The position numbers and the translations under genes are program-made. Shown piece after piece: positions 1-9,583 of a stretch of DNA of 64,000 nucleotides. Position 1 is the first letter of the stretch. Each line of letters begins with the position of its first letter. The stretch is from Steroidobacteraceae bacterium (GTDB lineage: Bacteria; Pseudomonadota; Gammaproteobacteria; Steroidobacterales; Steroidobacteraceae): positions 6,556 to 70,555 of the forward strand of contig DASQOO010000115.1 in NCBI GenBank assembly GCA_035644435.1, read 5' to 3'. The notes below the pieces were generated by a model. It was not told the DNA's origin, made no database searches, and saw nothing but the letters and a program-made list of their open reading frames with translations.

Positions 1-1
1 C

Positions 2-1672
2 GCAATCGACTACGTCGTGGACGGCGATGCCACCCTGCGGGAAGTCGAGCGCGCGATGCACAGTGCCGACGCCGCTCACGACGGGGCACGGATCGCAGCG
101 CTGCACGCGCGCTATGAAGTCCTGGGCGGGTATTCGGCGCGGGCCCGCGCCGCGCAACTGCTCGCGGGCATCGGCTTTGCGCCCGCAGACCTGGAACGCA
201 GCGTGGCGAGCTTTTCGGGCGGCTGGCGCATGCGCCTGAGTCTCGCCCAGGCGCTGATGTGCCCATCGGACCTGTTGCTGCTCGATGAACCCACCAATCA
301 CCTGGACCTGGACGCCATCATCTGGCTCGAGGGCTGGCTGCGTGAATACCGCGGCACCTTGCTGGTGATTGCGCACGACCGCGAGTTCCTCGATCGCGTC
401 GTGTCGCGCATCCTGCACCTGGAAAGCGCGGGCGCACGCGCTTATTCCGGAAACTATTCGTCGTTCGAGGTGCAGCGCGCGGCCAACCTGGCCTTGCAAC
501 AGTCCATGTTCGAACGCCAGGAGCGCGAGATCCGGCACGCCATGCAGTTCGTCGAGCGATTTCGTGCCAAGGCCAGCAAGGCACGGCAGGCCCAGAGCCG
601 GCTCAAGATGCTCGAGCGCATGCCGCGCATCGCGCCGGCTCATGTCGATGCCCCGTTCGAGTTCACATTCCCCCAGCCGGAGAAGTTGCCGCACCCGCTC
701 CTGACGCTGGAGGAGCAGTCCGGTGGCTACGCAGGGCGTCGTGTGCTCTCGAACGTCAATCTCGTGCTCTCGCCCGGTGATCGCGTGGCGATCCTGGGGC
801 GCAACGGCGCCGGCAAGTCCACGCTGATGAAGCTGCTGGCCGGACAGGTCGAGGCCAGCCACGGCCGGCGCACCGAGGCCGCGGACCTCGCCATCGGCTA
901 CTTCGCCCAGCACCAGCTCGAACAGCTCGATGACGCGATGAGTCCCATCGAACACCTGGCACGGCACGGCGGGTCATACATGTACGGCGCACCTGAGCAG
1001 GATCTGCGCGATCACCTCGGCAAGTTCGGCTTTCGCGGCGACCGGGTATTCGAACCCCTGGCGCCCTTCTCCGGCGGCGAGCGAGCGCGACTGGTGCTCG
1101 CAACGCTGGTTGCCGCGCGGCCGAATCTGCTGCTGCTCGATGAGCCGACCAATCATCTCGATCTCGAGATGCGCCACGCGTTGGGCATGGCGCTACAGGA
1201 CTACGCAGGCGCGCTGGTGGTGGTCTCCCACGACCGGCACTTGATCCGCAGCATCGCGGACGATCTATGGATGGTGGCCGATGGACAGGTCGGCGTGTTC
1301 GACGGCGATCTCGATGACTACGCCCGCCTCCTGACCGATTCACGCAATCCCGTAGCGCAAGAGACGCGTTCCGGGCCGACGGCCGCCGAACAGCGGCGTG
1401 CCCAGAAGCGTGCCGAGGCGGAACAGCGCAATCGCCTCAGTCCGCTGCGCGCCGAGGTGCGCGCGCTCGAAGAGGAAATCGTGCGGCTCGAGCTCGAGCA
1501 GTCAGCGGTGGAGCGCACGCTGGCGGATCCCGCGTCTTATGAGGCGAGCGCCAGGGAGAGCCTGCTGCAAGCACTCGCGCGCCAGCGCGAGATTCGCAGC
1601 CGGCTGAGCGAACTGGAGACGCGCTGGCTGCAAGCCAGCGAGATCTTGCAGAGCGCCGAGCGCGCAAGTTGA
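2..1672 (+). CDS. ABC-F family ATPase (YheS/Uup-like), 5' end cut by window edge
   Basis: Frame is open from nt 2. Two ABC cassettes: signatures SGGWRMR and SGGERAR, LLLLDEPTNHLD twice, Walker A GRNGAGKST. No TM segments. Arg/Glu-rich coiled-coil C-terminal tail. Confidence 0.9.
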   Translation, partial: AIDYVVDGDATLREVERAMHSADAAHDGARIAALHARYEVLGGYSARARAAQLLAGIGFAPADLERSVASFSGGWRMRLSLAQALMCPSDLLLLDEPTNHLDLDAIIWLEGWLREYRGTLLVIAHDREFLDRVVSRILHLESAGARAYSGNYSSFEVQRAANLALQQSMFERQEREIRHAMQFVERFRAKASKARQAQSRLKMLERMPRIAPAHVDAPFEFTFPQPEKLPHPLLTLEEQSGGYAGRRVLSNVNLVLSPGDRVAILGRNGAGKSTLMKLLAGQVEASHGRRTEAADLAIGYFAQHQLEQLDDAMSPIEHLARHGGSYMYGAPEQDLRDHLGKFGFRGDRVFEPLAPFSGGERARLVLATLVAARPNLLLLDEPTNHLDLEMRHALGMALQDYAGALVVVSHDRHLIRSIADDLWMVADGQVGVFDGDLDDYARLLTDSRNPVAQETRSGPTAAEQRRAQKRAEAEQRNRLSPLRAEVRALEEEIVRLELEQSAVERTLADPASYEASARESLLQALARQREIRSRLSELETRWLQASEILQSAERAS

Positions 1673-1733
1673 GGCACCGCCGGGCTCCGCGTAATCCGGG
1701 TTCAGGCTGCGGAAAAGCTTACAATGCGGCCCG

Positions 1734-3293
1734 ATGTCAGCGGTGCCCCGTTCCGACCCGCCTCTCCCCAGTCATCGTGACACGACTATCCTTCGCCCCC
1801 GCAGACGCTGGCGGCGGTTGTTTCTGCTTGCGCTGCTGCTGATCTGGGCGGGCACGGCGCTGTGGCAGGTCTTCAAGCCGATGCCGGCAGGAACCAACCT
1901 GGCGAGTGACTGGGTCGATACGCCGGTTGCCGACGTGCGCTGGCTGGCTGACACGACCGTGACCGACGGTCACGGACGACTCTTGATCCGTCAACACGTA
2001 TTCGACGAAGTGCTCGGCATCATCGGCGCCGCGAAGCAATTCGTGGTCCTGGACTTCTACCTCTTCAACGACTGGCCCGACGCCGCCGACACCGCAGACG
2101 GCGCCGGCGCGGCAAGCTCCGCAGTACATCGCAAGATCAGTGAAGAGCTGAAGGCGCGACTCATCGCAAGACGCAAAGCGGTACCCGACCTCAAGGTTCT
2201 CTTCATCACCGATCCGGTCAACGATCTGTACGGTGCCTGGCCGTCCGCAGCCCTCGCCGAGCTCAGGGGCGCGGGCGTGGATGTGGTCATCACCGACCTC
2301 GATATCCTGCGCGATCCAAACCCCGCGTATTCCGCCTTGTGGCGCCCGCTCGGAACGTGGTCGACGGACCACGCCGGCGACCGCGGCGCGCTTGCCAACC
2401 CGCTCGATGTCGGACCGGAGACGGTGAGCCTGCCGATGTGGCTGCGCATGTTCAACTTCAAGGCGAATCACCGCAAGACACTGGTGGCCGATGACGGTCG
2501 CGGCGGGCTGGTGGCGCTCCTCACCTCCGCCGACGCCAACGACGGTGGCAGCGCACATTCCAACGTCGGGCTGCGCTTCGGCGGGCCGCTGGCGCGCACG
2601 GCGCTCGACAGCGAGCTGCGGATCGCGCGCCTTTCCGGGTGGCAATCCACCTGGCAGCCGCCCGAAGTGTCGGCGCCGCAGAAGGACCAGCAGGCGGTGC
2701 GGCTGCGCTACCTGTCCGAAGGCGCTATCGAACGAGAGCTTCTCGCCGCGATCGAGACCGCGCACTCTGGAGAGTCGATCTCGATCGCCGCTCTATACCT
2801 GAGCGATCGCGACGTGATCGATGCGTTGCGCGCAGCGGCCGCGCGTGACGTGCGCGTGCGCCTGATCCTCGATCCTAACAAGGACATGTACGGCAGGCAG
2901 CACGATGGCGTGCCGAACCGTCCCGCCGCGGCTGAACTCGTCCGCCAGAGCGGCGGGCGCATCGAGTGCCGCTGGTATCGGACGCATGGCGAGCAATTTC
3001 ACGCGACGCTCGCGATGGTGCGCCGGGGCGATGCTCTTTGGGCGATGCTGGGATCGGCACAACTCACGCGCCGGCAGCTGGACAACTTCAATCTGAACGC
3101 CGACGTGGCGCTGGAGGCGGACCTCGATACGCCGCTGGCGCAGGAGCTGGTCAACTACTTCGAGACGCTGTGGCAGAACGACCCGGTCGCCCTGCGCGAA
3201 TACACGACCGACTTCCAGATCTACGAGGACCAGTCCTTTCCCCGCTATTGGCGTTACCGGCTCATGGAAGCGGCCGGGCTGGGAGCTTTCTGA
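1734..3293 (+). CDS. Phospholipase D-like (HKD superfamily) membrane-anchored protein
   Basis: N-terminal TM helix (LFLLALLLIWAGTALW). Canonical HKD motif HRKTLVADD at 2469-2495. Second copy is degenerate (HATLAMV...GSAQL) at 3000 onward. Confidence 0.8.
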   Translation: MSAVPRSDPPLPSHRDTTILRPRRRWRRLFLLALLLIWAGTALWQVFKPMPAGTNLASDWVDTPVADVRWLADTTVTDGHGRLLIRQHVFDEVLGIIGAAKQFVVLDFYLFNDWPDAADTADGAGAASSAVHRKISEELKARLIARRKAVPDLKVLFITDPVNDLYGAWPSAALAELRGAGVDVVITDLDILRDPNPAYSALWRPLGTWSTDHAGDRGALANPLDVGPETVSLPMWLRMFNFKANHRKTLVADDGRGGLVALLTSADANDGGSAHSNVGLRFGGPLARTALDSELRIARLSGWQSTWQPPEVSAPQKDQQAVRLRYLSEGAIERELLAAIETAHSGESISIAALYLSDRDVIDALRAAAARDVRVRLILDPNKDMYGRQHDGVPNRPAAAELVRQSGGRIECRWYRTHGEQFHATLAMVRRGDALWAMLGSAQLTRRQLDNFNLNADVALEADLDTPLAQELVNYFETLWQNDPVALREYTTDFQIYEDQSFPRYWRYRLMEAAGLGAF

Positions 3294-3799
3294 TCCGGCG
3301 TGGTCGAGTGATGCTCAGGAGGATGAGTGCGGCGCCAGCGCCATGGCGGCTCGCGTTCCGATTCCGGCAGCGCCCATAAGCCCAGCTTTTGCGCCCTGGC
3401 ATCGCGCTCCAGGTCGTACAAGGAAGCATCGTACGCTCGGCGCCGATAGACCCATACGTGGCCGCGCCGCACGAGCTCCGCGTTGATGTCGAGGCGGTCG
3501 GACTCGCGGTACGCGTGCGCAACCTTGCGTCCGTAGCGATCGACATCCAGCACCTCGAACCTGAGTTTGCGGTCCAGCACCAGGCCGCGCAGCGCAGCGC
3601 GCGCATTGTCCGCGTACGGCTGGTTCTTTTCGGGCGCGTCGATGCCCGCCAGGCGTATCTCGACCTGCCCTCCGCTGGTTGCCGTCACGATGAAACTGTC
3701 ACCATCGAATACCTTGATGACCGTCCCGGTGATCTCTTCGGCAGCCGCGAGCCATGCCAGCAGGCACAGCGCCAGCAGCAGGATTCGAATTGCACGCAT
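3254..3799 (-). CDS. Secreted thermonuclease (staphylococcal-nuclease-like) family protein
   Basis: Signal peptide MRAIRILLLALCLLAWLAAA. SNase-like motifs IRLAGIDAPE, DRYGRKVA and VRRGHVWVY. Confidence 0.8.
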   Translation of the reverse strand: MRAIRILLLALCLLAWLAAAEEITGTVIKVFDGDSFIVTATSGGQVEIRLAGIDAPEKNQPYADNARAALRGLVLDRKLRFEVLDVDRYGRKVAHAYRESDRLDINAELVRRGHVWVYRRRAYDASLYDLERDARAQKLGLWALPESEREPPWRWRRTHPPEHHSTTPDQKAPSPAASMSR

Positions 3800-3837
3800 T
3801 GAGCCGGGTGGCGGTGGCGAGTCTGCCGCGAGAGGGC

Positions 3838-4509
3838 TCAGTGTCCCGCGGCGGACGGGGGCGCCGCGGCGCTCGCTGCGGCGAGAGCGTTGAGCGTTTC
3901 AGTCACCGCCACCTTCGCGGCCTGCTGGTACGCCGACTCGAACGCTTCCACGGTGGCGCTCAGGGTGTTGCTCGAGGCTGGCGCAGTCGCAGTTGCAGTG
4001 AAATCAGCGAGCGGCCTGCGATCCCGCACCCGGCCCACAGTGCACACCATGCTCACGCGCACCACCGGGTTCGCGCCGCTGGTGTACTCGGCCTGGAAGG
4101 CGACGAGGTCCGTCTGCAGGACGTAATCGCTGAGGAATGGCGACAAATCGCCCTGCACCGTCGCGAGGCGCCCGGTGTTGCGCAGCGACTGGATCAGCAG
4201 ATCCTGGACCACGGTCTGCGCTTCCGCGCCCCAACGCGCCGCGGCGAAGTAGTCGAGGCGCCGGTCCGGCTGCAAGAGCGCGATCCGGTCCGTGTCCAGG
4301 CCGGGGCGCGCCGACGGACGTGCCACGGTCAATCCAACCGGGAGCGGTCCGCCTTCGGAGCTGCTAGCCGGCAACGGGCTGAGCACGTAGACATGTTGCG
4401 GTAGCTGCTCGCTGTCGAAGGCGCCTCCCACGCAGCCGGTGCAGACCGCGGCGAGACTCGCGGCGGCCCAGGGTGCAAACCGGCCCCGGTTCGAGTTCAA
4501 CAGGCTCAT
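3838..4509 (-). CDS. ABC-type transport auxiliary lipoprotein (PqiC/DUF330-like)
   Basis: Lipobox-like AAVCTGC. ATGA stop/start overlap with the upstream MCE gene. Last gene of a 4-gene Mla/Mce-type operon. Confidence 0.7.
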   Translation of the reverse strand: MSLLNSNRGRFAPWAAASLAAVCTGCVGGAFDSEQLPQHVYVLSPLPASSSEGGPLPVGLTVARPSARPGLDTDRIALLQPDRRLDYFAAARWGAEAQTVVQDLLIQSLRNTGRLATVQGDLSPFLSDYVLQTDLVAFQAEYTSGANPVVRVSMVCTVGRVRDRRPLADFTATATAPASSNTLSATVEAFESAYQQAAKVAVTETLNALAAASAAAPPSAAGH

Positions 4510-5441
4510 CGCGGAATCTCCACGCCGGAATATTTCTGCTCATACAGGAGCTGCGAGGGCTGGCGCTTGATGCTGCGCGAGAGATCGCGAAAATCCTCCG
4601 CGGCTTCGCGGCTCTCGCGAATCAGCTGCTGCAATTCGAGCAGGCCCTGGTCGCTGAAGCGAGTGATATTCGCCTGGTTATCGTTCACGAACTGATCGAG
4701 GCGCTCGGAAGTCGAGGCGAGATGATCCATGGTGACACGAGCCCGCTCCAATGCCGCCTTGATGTCGGGACCAGAGCCTTCGGTGATGTCGCGCAGGCCG
4801 TTCGCGGCGCCCTCGATTTCTCCGAGCGTGCGTTTCGTGTCGCCGACCAGCGCGTGGACGTCTTTCAGGATCCCGGGCAGCTCGCTGCTGGCGCGATTGA
4901 GGTTGTCGAGCGTGGCACCGACCGCCGCGACATTCTCATCATTGAACAGCTTGCTCATGCGCTGCGCCAGGTTCGCGCCCTGACCGAACAGGTCCGGAAG
5001 GCCGCTGAGGAGAATGTCGAAGTTCGACTTGACGGTGCGAATCACCGGGTAGCGCTGGCTGGCAACGCGCGGCATGACCGGCTTATCGCCACGATCGCGT
5101 TCCAGGTCGATATAGAGGAGTCCAGTCACGCCCTGCAGGCTCAGCGTCGCGAGCGTCTCGTCGGTAATCGGCGCTTGCGCATCGATGTCGACGACGACTT
5201 CGACCCGATCCGCCGCGCGCGGGTCGATGTCCATGCGCACCACGCGACCGACATCGACGCCGAGATAGCGCACCGGGCCGCCCTTGCTGAGCCCAGCGAC
5301 GCTGCCCTCAAAGTAGATCTCGAAGCGTTTGTAGTCGCGCTGGTCCTGGGTATCCGTGTACCAGATGACGAACCAGGTGCCGAGGGCGAGCACCAGCAGC
5401 ACGAAGGCGCCAACGGTGAGATAGCTGGCTTCACGTTCCAT
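4506..5441 (-). CDS. MCE/MlaD family substrate-binding protein
   Basis: N-terminal TM anchor (YLTVGAFVLLVLALGTWFVIW) followed by an MCE domain (VRYLGVDVGRV). Start chosen at MEREASY; the track ORF extends to 5486. Confidence 0.85.
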   Translation of the reverse strand: MEREASYLTVGAFVLLVLALGTWFVIWYTDTQDQRDYKRFEIYFEGSVAGLSKGGPVRYLGVDVGRVVRMDIDPRAADRVEVVVDIDAQAPITDETLATLSLQGVTGLLYIDLERDRGDKPVMPRVASQRYPVIRTVKSNFDILLSGLPDLFGQGANLAQRMSKLFNDENVAAVGATLDNLNRASSELPGILKDVHALVGDTKRTLGEIEGAANGLRDITEGSGPDIKAALERARVTMDHLASTSERLDQFVNDNQANITRFSDQGLLELQQLIRESREAAEDFRDLSRSIKRQPSQLLYEQKYSGVEIPR

Positions 5442-6210
5442 CGTCAGACTCGCGACTGTGCGCGGCAGAACGCGCGCGCGGTCCATGGAAGTACTCGTGT
5501 ATCCAGGGATGGTCGTTGCGCAGCATCCCGGGCACTGTATCGATCACCATGCGCCGGTCGACGATCACGCCGACGCGGTCACAGGTGGCGAAGATGGTGT
5601 CGAGGTCGTGCGTGATCATGACCACCGTGAGGCTGAGGTTCTTTTTCAGGCCGGCGATCAGCTGGTCGAATTCCGCCGCGCCGATCGGATCGAGACCCGA
5701 GGTCGGTTCGTCCAGGAACAGCAGCCGCGGATCGAGAGCCAGCGCGCGCGCCAGCGCAGCACGCTTGATCATACCGCCCGACAGCTGTGCCGGATACTTT
5801 GCCCCCGCATCCGCTGCCAGCCCCACCATGTGCAGCTTGAGGCGCGCCAGCGCATCCAACGCCTCGTCCTCCAGGTCGAAGAACTCCGTCATCGGCATCT
5901 GCACGTTCTGGGTGATATTCAGGGAGGTAAACAGGGCGCCGTGCTGGAAGGTGACTCCGTAGTGACGCTTGACCTCGCGCAGCTCGCTCTCGCTCAGGCT
6001 GTTGATGTCATGCCCGTACAGGACCACCCGCCCGGCGCGCGGGCGCTGCAGGCCGAGAATGGTGCGCAACAGGACCGACTTGCCACTGCCCGAACCGCCG
6101 ACGATGCCGAACACTTCGCCTTCCAGCACCTGCATGTCGAGCCCGGCGTGCACCACCTGTGCGCCAAAGCGGTTCACGATGCCGCTGACTTCGATCACCG
6201 GCTGACTCAT
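5431..6210 (-). CDS. ABC transporter ATP-binding protein (MlaF-like)
   Basis: Walker A GGSGSGKS, signature LSGGMIKR, Walker B LLFLDEPTSGLD. Start MSQPVIEV forms an ATGA overlap with the permease stop at 6207-6210. The track ORF (to 6474) is an upstream extension. Confidence 0.9.
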   Translation of the reverse strand: MSQPVIEVSGIVNRFGAQVVHAGLDMQVLEGEVFGIVGGSGSGKSVLLRTILGLQRPRAGRVVLYGHDINSLSESELREVKRHYGVTFQHGALFTSLNITQNVQMPMTEFFDLEDEALDALARLKLHMVGLAADAGAKYPAQLSGGMIKRAALARALALDPRLLFLDEPTSGLDPIGAAEFDQLIAGLKKNLSLTVVMITHDLDTIFATCDRVGVIVDRRMVIDTVPGMLRNDHPWIHEYFHGPRARSAAHSRESDDGT

Positions 6211-7322
6211 ATGTCGAGATGCCTGAAGAGCACGGCAAACACCGCGTCGGCGAAGATCACCAGGAATATGGACTGCACCACCGCCACCGTGGTCAGCCGC
6301 CCCAGCTCGCGCGAGGACTCGCGCACCTGCATGCCGCGCAGCGTGCCGACGAATGCGATCAGGAACGCGAAGATCGGCGCCTTGAAGATGCCCACCCAGA
6401 ATGTGGTCGGCGCAATGGATTCCTGCATGCGCGCGAGGTACTGCGCGGGCGGGATGTCGAACAGGAAATAGCACAGCAAGCCGCCGCCCATCAGGCCCAC
6501 GCCGTCGGCAATGATGGTCAGCAGCGGCAGCGCAATCACCAGGCCGAGCAGACGCGGTACCACCAGCACCTCGATTGGGCTGGTGCCGATCGCGTGCAGC
6601 GCATCGACTTCTTCATTGAGCTTCATGACACCGATTTCAGCGGCAAACGCGCTGCCGGATCGGCCGGCCACGATGATGGCCGTGAGCAGCACGCCGAGCT
6701 CACGCAGCACGCCGATCGTCACCAGGTCGACGACGAAGATCTCGGCGCCGAACCGCCGCAGCTCCTGGGCACCGAGGTAGGCGATGATGGTGCTGATCAG
6801 GAAGGCGATCAGCGACACGATCGGAATCGCCTGGACACCGGTCTCGTGTATGTGCCGTACCAGGGCCGGGAATCGCAACCGCCGTGGATGCAAGAGCGCG
6901 GAGCCGACGACGCTGCAGATCTCACCGAAGAAGACCAGCCCGCGGCGCGAGGACATGGCATGCCGGATTGCCCAGCGCCCGAGCCGACGCACCGGGGCCG
7001 CCAGGTCCAGCCCTTCCTCGTCGGGTGCTTGTTTGGGCGGATCACTGAGGGTGCGTTCCACGAACCGCACCTGTTCGGGCACTTGGCCCTGCCACTCCAC
7101 GCTGCGGCTTGCGGTGCGCAGGCGCTCGGCCCAATCGTGCAGGAACCAGGCACCAGTGAGATCGAGGTCTTCCAGCCGCTTGGTATCGATGCGTACGCCG
7201 CTCGCACCGCCGAGCTCGATGGCGCTGAGCTCCCGGCTGATCGCAGCCGCGTTCTCGATCAGCCAGCGCCCTGTGACTGAAACGGTCAGCACGCCGTCCC
7301 GATGTTGCTGGCTGAGAAACAT
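6207..7322 (-). CDS. MlaE-family ABC permease with N-terminal STAS-like domain
   Basis: C-terminal about 260 aa are a polytopic MlaE-like permease. The N-terminal about 100 aa (GVLTVSVTGRWLIENAAAISRELSAI...LDLTGAWFL) look like a STAS/anti-sigma-antagonist fold. Confidence 0.8.
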   Translation of the reverse strand: MFLSQQHRDGVLTVSVTGRWLIENAAAISRELSAIELGGASGVRIDTKRLEDLDLTGAWFLHDWAERLRTASRSVEWQGQVPEQVRFVERTLSDPPKQAPDEEGLDLAAPVRRLGRWAIRHAMSSRRGLVFFGEICSVVGSALLHPRRLRFPALVRHIHETGVQAIPIVSLIAFLISTIIAYLGAQELRRFGAEIFVVDLVTIGVLRELGVLLTAIIVAGRSGSAFAAEIGVMKLNEEVDALHAIGTSPIEVLVVPRLLGLVIALPLLTIIADGVGLMGGGLLCYFLFDIPPAQYLARMQESIAPTTFWVGIFKAPIFAFLIAFVGTLRGMQVRESSRELGRLTTVAVVQSIFLVIFADAVFAVLFRHLDI

Positions 7323-7409
7323 CGCCGGCGATGCTAACAGGCGCGCCGGTTGCCATCGAGCCTATAGCACCTTACTTTGCGGCGCAGGCCCACGCGCATC
7401 CTGCAATTG

Positions 7410-9386
7410 ATGTCACACAGCCCGCTGGTACAAGTCCTGGTACTCCTAGCCGCTGCGGTGCTGGTGGTCTATGCCGTTCGCCGCCTGAAGCTGTCGCCGA
7501 TCCTCGGCTATCTCGCGGTCGGCATGGTGCTCGGGCCCCATGCGCTCGGGCTGGCCGCAGACAATACGGCGATCAGCGTGCTGGCCGAAATCGGCGTCGT
7601 GTTCCTGGTGTTCACGCTCGGCCTGGAATTCTCGTTGCCGCGCCTGGTCGCCATGCGCTGGGAGGTGCTGGGCCTGGGCGGCGGACAAGTGCTGATCACG
7701 GCCGGCCTGGGCGGCGCGATCGCGTGGCACTTTGGCGTCGAACTGCCGGTCGCCATCGTGTTGGGCGGCGCGATCGCGATGTCATCGACCGCGATCATCG
7801 TGCGCCAGCTGAGCGAGCAGGCGGAGGTCAACCGCACGCACGGTCGGCTCGCGGTCGCAATCCTGCTGTTCCAGGACATCGCCTTCGTGCCGTTCCTCGC
7901 GCTCACTTCGGCGCGCATGACGCACGGTGAGGTGGCCGACGCCGGCGAATTCCTGCGCACGGTCACCGAGGGTGGCATCGCTTTGCTTATCGTGCTTGCA
8001 GCAGGCCGCTGGTTGCTGCGCCCGCTGTTCCATGAGATCGCCCACACGCGCTCCCCGGAGCTCTTCGTTCTCGCGGTGCTGCTCGTGGTGCTCGGTTCGG
8101 CCTGGACCACGCAAGTAGTAGGCCTGTCGCTCGCCCTCGGCGCCTTTCTCGCCGGCGTGATGCTCGCGGAAACCGAATTCCGGCACCAGGTCGAGGCAGT
8201 GATCCGGCCGTTTCGCGACGTGCTGCTGGGACTGTTCTTCATCACGATCGGCATGTTGTTCGACACCGGCCTGCTGGCGCGGCAATTGCTGCTGGTCAGC
8301 GGGCTGGTCATCGTGTTGGTCGTCGGCAAGACCCTGATCGTGATGCTGCTGGCGAAGCGCTTCGCCGGCAGCTTTTTCAAGGGGCTGCGCACCGGCATCG
8401 TGGTGAGTATCGGCGGCGAATTTGGATTCGCGCTGCTCACGATCCTGTTGCGTGACCGGCTGGTGGCGCCGGAGATCGTGCAACCCCTGCTGGCCGCCAT
8501 CGTGCTGAGCATGGTCGCGAGCCCGCTCATCATTCGCCACAACAAGCAGATCGCACGCTGGGTCCTGCGCGAGAGCGGTCCGGCGCCCACCGCGCTGGCA
8601 CGCGAGCTGGCGAGCACGCGCGCGCTGGCACAACGCGAGCACGTGCTGCTGTGCGGGTTTGGGCGCGTCGGCCAGAACATTGCACGGGTGCTCGAGGACC
8701 TGGGGTTCGAGTACATCGCGCTCGACAACGACCCGGGGCGGGTGCGGGCGGCGCGCCAGGCGGGCGACCCGGTCGTCTACGGAGATGCGGGCCAGGAAGA
8801 GGTGCTCGAGAACGTGGGACTGGATCGCGCCAGCGTCGTCGTGGTCAGCTTTGCCGATTCGACACTCGCGCTACGCATCCTGGCCGCGGTGCGCGCCCAG
8901 CGACCCGAAGTCCCCATCCTGGTGCGTACCCAGGACGACACGCGGCTGGTGGAGCTGCAGAAGGCGGGCGCTTCGACCGTCGTGCCCGAGACTTTCGAGG
9001 CCGCACTCATGCTCGTGTGGCACGTCCTGCTGCTGCTGGAGGTGCCGGTATCGCGCGTGATGAAGACCATCGGCGACATCCGCGGCAACCGCTACAACAT
9101 GATGCGCACGTTGTTTCGCCGCGATGATACCCAGCTGCCCGATGCCAGCGAGGCGCTGCGCGAGCAGCTTTACACCCTGGTGCTGCCGCCCGGCGCGTGG
9201 GCGGTCGGGCGCTCGGTCGACCAGGTGAAGGAACGCGCCGAGATCACCATCACTGCGATCCGCCGCGATGGCATCGTGGGGCGCGAGCCCTCGCCCGATA
9301 CGCTTCTCAAGGAAGGCGACGTACTGGTCCTCTACGGCACTCCTGAAGCCCTCGAACACGGCGAAGCCGTCCTGCTGATGGGCTGA
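7410..9386 (+). CDS. CPA2 family monovalent cation:proton antiporter with RCK (TrkA-N + TrkA-C) domains (KefB/YbaL-like)
   Basis: Na+/H+ exchanger membrane domain, Rossmann motif LLCGFGRVGQ, C-terminal TrkA-C-like segment. Start chosen at MSHSPLVQVL. Confidence 0.85.
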   Translation: MSHSPLVQVLVLLAAAVLVVYAVRRLKLSPILGYLAVGMVLGPHALGLAADNTAISVLAEIGVVFLVFTLGLEFSLPRLVAMRWEVLGLGGGQVLITAGLGGAIAWHFGVELPVAIVLGGAIAMSSTAIIVRQLSEQAEVNRTHGRLAVAILLFQDIAFVPFLALTSARMTHGEVADAGEFLRTVTEGGIALLIVLAAGRWLLRPLFHEIAHTRSPELFVLAVLLVVLGSAWTTQVVGLSLALGAFLAGVMLAETEFRHQVEAVIRPFRDVLLGLFFITIGMLFDTGLLARQLLLVSGLVIVLVVGKTLIVMLLAKRFAGSFFKGLRTGIVVSIGGEFGFALLTILLRDRLVAPEIVQPLLAAIVLSMVASPLIIRHNKQIARWVLRESGPAPTALARELASTRALAQREHVLLCGFGRVGQNIARVLEDLGFEYIALDNDPGRVRAARQAGDPVVYGDAGQEEVLENVGLDRASVVVVSFADSTLALRILAAVRAQRPEVPILVRTQDDTRLVELQKAGASTVVPETFEAALMLVWHVLLLLEVPVSRVMKTIGDIRGNRYNMMRTLFRRDDTQLPDASEALREQLYTLVLPPGAWAVGRSVDQVKERAEITITAIRRDGIVGREPSPDTLLKEGDVLVLYGTPEALEHGEAVLLMG

Positions 9387-9490
9387 CGCAAGCGGACATA
9401 ATCCGGGCCGCAGGGTGGCCAGAACAAGCCAAGCCCACATGGAGTTGCAGCTTCCTCTTTACTCCCGGCAACCCCCGTCGCATAGTCCGG

Positions 9491-9583
9491 CCGCTGATCA
9501 GGGCAAACCCACCGAAAGGTGGGGACGCAAAGCCACCGGTCTAAAGGATCTGAAGGGTCCTACGATAGCGGGGTTGCCAGCGG
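9491..9583 (+). promoter_or_regulatory. c-di-GMP-I (GEMM-I) riboswitch aptamer
   Basis: P1 helix ccgctg/cagcgg. CAGGGCAAACC, then hairpin cccacc-GAAA-ggtggg, GACGCAAAGCC, UCUAAAGG-hairpin-CCUACGAUAGCGGGGUUGCC. Block-for-block match to the remembered Vc2 aptamer core. Same strand as, and 153 nt upstream of, the next CDS. Confidence 0.9.

Noticed and set aside
5458-6471. 337-aa plus-strand ORF over the MlaF-like ATPase gene, plus similar shadow ORFs (6219-7280, 7508-8728, 19636-20745, 26637-27893, 31095-32159, 45544-46638)
   Set aside because: All are antisense to genes with unambiguous motifs and have shadow-ORF composition.
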